64,000 bases of DNA from Felis catus (Eukaryota), in contig NC_058368.1 in the NCBI RefSeq assembly GCF_018350175.1, forward strand, positions 163,186,001 through 163,250,000, given 5' to 3'. Positions 58,192 to 64,000 of the stretch are shown here, piece by piece. Each line of letters starts with the position of its first letter. The first letter of the stretch is position 1. Below the pieces are notes generated by a model. The model made no database searches. It worked only from the letters and a program-made list of their open reading frames with translations, and was not told the origin of the DNA. The translations under genes and the position numbers were made by a program.

Positions 58192-60724
58192 CTTGCCTGA
58201 CTTTTACAACTCACATACTTTCTTTGTGTTTTTTCTGTTGTAGAATGTCTTTCTTTTCCTTATTACCCACACATGTAACATGCACATGCTGACACACATG
58301 GAGTTACTTCACAATGAATGCTTCCTATGTCAGTCCTTCTCTTTACTCTTGTTTGCCTCTTCCTTTAGGCTCCCTATAATATTTAATGCAAGCAGCCCAC
58401 CTCCTGTGTATGGGATCCCTATTGAGTGTAAAGCATCATGCTACATGTGGAGGCCTCTGCCTCTCCCTTTCTCCCGCTGCAGAGCCTTGATTGTATAGTT
58501 ATCAGTCTCTTCTGTGGGTGGAAGGCAGGTAAAATTAAAGGAGAGACAGGGCAGAAGGAAGAGGCCTGATTGGTTCTAGAGAAAAGAAATTGAAGGTCGA
58601 TTTTGTAAACCAGGAAAAGGAACTGAGAGCACTGATTGTGTTGAGACACTGGAGTCTTGTTAAGTTGATAGGACGAGGTAAAGAAGCAGCACCGGCAGAA
58701 TTATTTCGACTGTTTCATAAGGCGTTTTATGGTGAGCAAAACGGATTGCAATATTTGCACATTGAAACTTCCGCACTAAGTTACCAGTGTATCCTTTTCA
58801 AAAGGCTAACACCCAAGTGCAAAAACTTCAAAACCTTACATTTCTTAGAGATCACCTCAACTATTCTGTTACCCTGCCCATTCTCTGGCCATCATTTCTC
58901 AGTCTTGGGTGATAAACTTGGAAAGTGAATTCTTTAGTTACTATTTAGAAACAATGTGTGTTTTCTAAATGAAACTTAAAGAGCCCAAGATTTTTTTTTA
59001 TGCCGAGAAGCAACATATATTAGGCTTGATAATAGTTATCTAGAGTTGCCTCCTAATATGTTAACTCTATGAGGACTTTCAGTAAAATTGAACCATTGTT
59101 GAAAGACTGATTGTGCAGAAACAATAGCCTGAAATTTGCCCAGACGTAGTAAAATGTTGGAAGTTTGAAGAAGAATTGATTTTTCTTGTCATTGTATTTT
59201 TCACTGTAACAATCTCCTGTATTGATTTGGTTTACAGTCTATGGTCTTTTTGTGTCATAGCAGATAACTCACTGGTTATCTGCCTGAAGTTTCAGTGTTT
59301 GGGATTTTTTCATCTTTGCAGTAATGTCAAAGAAATGTAGTGGTTAGTAGTTTTTAAATGCGAAATTTGGCAAAAAGAAAAAGTATCCTTGATGAAAGCG
59401 TTCACTGAGGAATTTTTACTTAGGCTTCATGACACCCAGTAATTATCAGATTGCAGTTACTTTTCAGAGGTGTTTACCCTGAGTTGAAGTTTTCACCAAT
59501 CGATGATTTGAATCATGAATTAACTTTCATGTTAATCCATTGATTTACCTCAGCATTCATTATGCCAGCCTGTGTAAAATTACTATATTGTTGCTAGGCA
59601 CGTATTTTTAATTCGTTGCTGCAAAAGTTAATACTGGGCTCAGACAATCCCTGTTTTAAGAAACTTACATCAGAGTGGGAGAGAGAACCTGAGAACATAA
59701 AGGCTATGATTCTACCCTCATACACCGTCTTTCTTTGCCCTCCTACACAGCAGAATGCTCAAGTGTGGTTGTTGAATTTTTCTGCAGTTCATGTCCTCCT
59801 CCTGGTCTGTCTTGAACCCACTTCTTTTGGAGCCCACTTCTCCACCAAACCTGCTCATGTCAGGACCGTGACTCACTTTCAAGTCAATACCTTGGTCAGT
59901 TCTCAGTTCTCCTTGGATGTTACTTGAAGTATCTTTTGAAAAGGTGGTCATTTTCATTTTCTACTTCTACAACTACCACATTCTTTTTGTTTTCTTTCAA
60001 CCTAATTGCTGTCCTTCCCAGTCTTGTTGGCTGGTCCTTCACCTCCTTAGAACTTAGGACTCTTTACAGTCCTCCTTACTGTAAATGTTGGATATCCTAG
60101 AGTGCAGTCCTTGGTCCTGGTTTCTTTTCTGTTGAAACCCAATTTCTTAATGATCTCATACATTTTCTTGCCTTTAAATTCTATCTAACATTGACAGTTT
60201 CCAGATTCATATTAGTGATCAGAACCTCCCTCTTTAACTCTAGATAACATAGTCCACTTGGGGAGTCTAATAGGCATCCTAAATGTAATATATTCAAAAC
60301 TTCTGATCATCCCCCTGTGTCAGATACTCTTCCTATAGTCTTTCCTCTATCAAATATCCCAGAAATGATCAATGTTAATTAACACTTTGACATATGTCTT
60401 TCCAAGCCTACATGTGTGTGTGTGTGTTTCTCATTGCTATTCATGAGATCGTTTTGTATATACCATTTTTTCCTCTGATCCTTCCCTACCCACCCCCTGC
60501 CCCACTTTACTATGAACATGTTTTGTATACTCTTGAATGTTCTTTGGGAATCTTGCTTTTAGTAGCTATTTGGTTGTACCATAATTTATTAATGACTCTT
60601 ATGAGTAAATATTGGATTGCGTCCCATGACTTGCTATTATAATTTAAACTATAACTAACATCCCCATTACATCTAGTATCCGTGTTACAAAAGGAAAGAA
60701 AAAGCCACTTAATCATTTTAGTTC

Positions 60725-61258
60725 TGCAAGATCCCAATATGGTAGCCACTAACCATATGTGGTTTTTGAACACTTAAATGTGACTAGACTGAACTAAATG
60801 TGCTATAAATGTAAAATACACACCAGAATTCACAGAATTTGAAAAATACAATTATCTTATTAATAATTTTTATATTGATCACTTATTGAAATAGTATTTT
60901 GTTTTATTGGGCTAAATAAGATATACTTTAAAAATTGATTTCATCTCTGTCCTTTACTTATTAAAATGTGACTATAAGAAAATTAAAAGTGGGGCGCCTG
61001 GTGGCTCAGTCAGGTAAGCCACCAACTCTTGATTTTGGCTCAGGTCATCATCCCAAGGTTGTGCGTGGGATCGAGCCCTGCGTCAGGCTCCATGCAGATC
61101 ATGGAGCCTACTTGGGATTATCTCTCTCTCTCTCCCTCTGCCTCTCCTTCACTCATAGGCTCTCTCTCAAAATAAATCACTAAACACTTAAAAAAAAAAA
61201 GAAAATTAAAAGTTAACATGTGTGGCTTACACTATATTTCTTCTGTTGGACAGTGCTG
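60725..61258. mobile_element. MER33-like hAT-Charlie MITE interrupted by a SINE
   Basis: CCAATATGGTAGCCACTAACCATATGTGG...TGTAAAATACACACCAGA...AATGTGACTATAAGAAAATT...TGTGGCTTACACTATATTTC...TTGGACAGTGCTG. Confidence 0.85.
60991..61198 (+). mobile_element. Can-SINE, older subtype
   Basis: Perfect TSD AAGAAAATTAAAAGT at 60976-60990 and 61199-61213. Confidence 0.96.
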
Positions 61259-63423
61259 TTTTAGTAGCTCGGGTCAAAAACCTTGGAGTCATCCTTTTCT
61301 CCTCTCTTCCTTTTCTACTACTTATTCCGTGAATGCTACCTAGAAGCTGACCATTTTCCCCACATTTGCTACTGCCACTCAGATCCAAGCTGTCATTATT
61401 AACTCTTGCTTAGGTTCTTCCAACAGGCATTTAACTTGTCTCCTGACTTTTACAGTCTAATTTCAATATATTGGCTGAGGTCATTGTTTTAAAACATGTC
61501 AGATCGTGCCTCTCCTCTTCTCAAAACCTTCCAGTGGCTTCTTGTATTCAGGGTAGAGGTTAAGTCCTAAAAAAGCTGGTCTCCATCTACCCCTTGGACT
61601 GTATTTCTGCACTCTCCCTGTGGTGAGCCAAACTTGTTGCCCACCTGAGGTCTTTACATTTTCTCCTATGGCACCGGGAGTGCTCTTCCTCCAGTTATCT
61701 GCTGGGTTGTACCTTCACCTCCTTCAGGTATTTGCTTCTTTGTGAAATCTTCCATTAACACCCTATTTAAAATTATCAGCCTGTCCCGCCCAACTGTACC
61801 CAATAATCCCTAATTCCCTTTCTCGATTTTTTTTCTTAGTGCTTATCATCTAACATATTTTTCTTATCGATTGAGTTGATTTTCTGTCTTTCCCCACCAG
61901 AACATAAATTCCATGAGGGCAAGAACCTTTGTTTTATTCACTGCTATCTCTTGAGCTCTGAAAACAATGTTTAGCATATATTAGGGGATAAATAACTATT
62001 TGTCAAATGGATGAGTAAATGAACTTATTAGCACTACAGGTGCTCTAAGGACTTGAAGTGAAAGATTATAGGTGTTTTGTGAGATAAGACAACTGCTGCT
62101 TTCTTTACTGAAATGAACTAAAAGGAGGTAAGATTGGGTAATCATGGTGGGGCATTGTTAGAGAGGACCTTAAATCCTAGGTGGAGGGATCTACATTTAA
62201 CTCAGTGGGCTATTAGGAGCCATTCAATTCTTGAAGTAGAAGCACAATAGACTGACACTTACTTTAATCCTGTAGGTAAGAGAATAGATAGATGGACAGA
62301 GAGACAGTTGATGAAACAGTGCATAAAAGAATAATTGATTATATCACAGAGAGACCAGAGACAAGAAGACCAATTGAATGGATAATAAGTTCATGCAGTT
62401 GAAAACTAAGGACTTGCTACAGGAACCTACAGGTTTTGACAACCAATTGTATGTGATAAGGGAGGAATAAAAAGATAAAGATGACTGTTCTCTAATCCCC
62501 AATGGCAGCCTTGATGGGAAGGTAAGAAGAAATGGGGAATCCTGAAGGAGGCAAGTTTTGAGGGAAATAAGTGATTTCAGGCTAGGGAAATCTTAAGCTT
62601 AAAGAGATATGAATTCATGCAATGTTTTCATGCACATTTCAAGTTTCTTCAATGATGAGAGCACATTTGACCAAACTTGGGAGCTTGCTGCCTTTTAAAT
62701 TCATGCTATGAAGGTGTTCTGGGAAAGGTAGTAGGATGACCCTGTTTTTATTAGTATTTGCCAATGGAAATATAGTGAACTCTGCTTTAGATTTGCATAT
62801 TGCAGAAACATTAATTATTCCCAAATCAGTCTGGGCCTAACAACAACCTGGAGTATTGGTGGAAGAGATAATGTCTAGTGTAGAGTGTTTGCTTGCTGCT
62901 AATTAGTAGTGTTGGGATTGGCATGTTTGGAGCAGTCATTAGGACTGAAACTGAATTATTTTAGTCATGTTTGCAAAGAAAGTCACAGAATGCATTGTGA
63001 ATTACTTTGTGAAATTACATTTTCTGACTTCATACAGTCTTTAAGAACTGAAGTTTGCATGTTCTTGCTCATTGAAAGTGTTTCTGTAGTATAGTCAAGG
63101 AGCTTTAAGTAAAGTTGTTTTACATGCTATGCCAGTGTTTGTGGGCATCATAGATAATCTCATTAATTTCTTCTGGGTATTTAAGGATAGATTCAAATTA
63201 TTGACCTCACCAATGGGTTTATCTCTTATTTTTGATTTTTGGTGACATGTCTTTTTTTGAAGTTATGACTCTACTTCAGAGGTAGCTTGTTAGATGGTCT
63301 TCCACCTAAAACATAAGTTGCAGTGAAAGCTCATAAAACTTCCACCAGGCAAAACTTTTAACCACTGTACAAGAAATGAGATTTATGTATCATTAGCAAC
63401 CATCTGTTTCTGGAACTGATTTG

Positions 63424-64000
63424 ATTCATTCAACAGATATTTTTTGCAAATCCAGTATGTGTCAATACTATTGATCTACCAACAAAAATTCCTCCCTTTA
63501 TGGAGTCTGTATTCTAGTTGTGTAAAACTGACAATAAACAAATAATTAAAATATATTGACTGTTTGGGTATGGTTAGCACCGATAGAAAAATAACAAAGC
63601 AGGAAGTAGAGGTAGGGAGTGATGAAGTGTTTGTGGTTGGGTTTGCAATTCTATTTTGAGTGGTCCGAGAATGACTCACTGAGGGTCATGGTTGAACCTT
63701 TGGAGGTGACAGATGAAAAAACAAGGTATCGAGGGGCCTGGGTAAAGAGTGTTTCAGCCACAGGGAAGAGCAAGGGCCTAGGCCTTGGGTGTGTGCAGAT
63801 GTGTTTGAACAACAGCAAGGAAGTCATTGTGTCTGGAATGGGGTGAATGAGGGTGAGTAGCTGGGGATGAGGTCAGATAGGTAATGGGGACAAGATGGTG
63901 CAGGGCCCTTTTAGTCCCAGCAAGAGCAGAGGCCAGTGGGAGTTTTGAACATGGGAGTGACTTGGTCCGACTTGCCTTTCTTAAAGCTCACCCCGGCCAA
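63424..64000 (-). mobile_element. L2a 3' fragment (runs off window)
   Basis: ATTCATTCAACAGATATTT...CCCTTTATGGAGTCTGTATTCTAG...GAACAACAGCAAGGAAG...GATGAGGTCAGA...GGAGTTTTGAACATGGGAGTGAC. Confidence 0.85.

Larger units (their letters stand above)
59930..62022 (+). mobile_element. L2a 3' region, interrupted by younger insertions at about 60360-61260
   Basis: GTGCAGTCCTTGGTCC...GTCTAATAGGCATCCTAAA...AAAAACCTTGGAGTCATCCTT...CAAAACCTTCCAGTGGCTTC...CCAGAACATAAATTCCATGAGGGCAAGAA...TTTGTCAAATGGATGAGTAAATGAA. Confidence 0.8.

Noticed and set aside
1..64000. CRISPR array, operon or other prokaryote-type system
   Set aside because: Sequence is mammalian; no regularly spaced repeat-spacer units and no long ORFs (longest 141 aa, in L2-derived DNA)

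Overview
Mammalian, non-coding, AT-rich and CpG-poor DNA. The many tRNA-Lys-derived Can-SINEs of feline (SINEC_Fc) type point to a felid or feliform carnivore. I found no intact protein-coding gene, rRNA, tRNA or CRISPR array. Nearly all listed ORFs are chance ORFs or readings of SINEs, microsatellites and L1. The window is a mosaic of about 28 Can-SINEs (many with target-site duplications, TSDs), L1/L2/MIR fragments, two MaLR (MLT1) LTRs, hAT-Charlie MITEs and microsatellites, with repeat-poor stretches (notably about 49.2-57.6 kb). It is most likely part of a very long intron of a + strand gene that I cannot name (inference). Best-supported highlights: a young 540-bp ERV1-type solo LTR with a 4-bp TSD and intact promoter motifs (34659-35198); a twin-primed, 5'-inverted L1 (about 17830-19984); a tailless 35-nt U2 snRNA retrocopy with a perfect 18-bp TSD (56964-56998); and several nested or site-reusing insertions. 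More speculative: candidate + strand alternative exons or promoter (51.4-51.5 kb, 55.1 kb, 25.8 kb) and a very decayed LINE reverse-transcriptase fossil (about 41.7-42.2 kb). I see no evidence for a new multi-component biological system. Repeat family names come from remembered consensus sequences, not a database search, and boundaries of old repeats are approximate.
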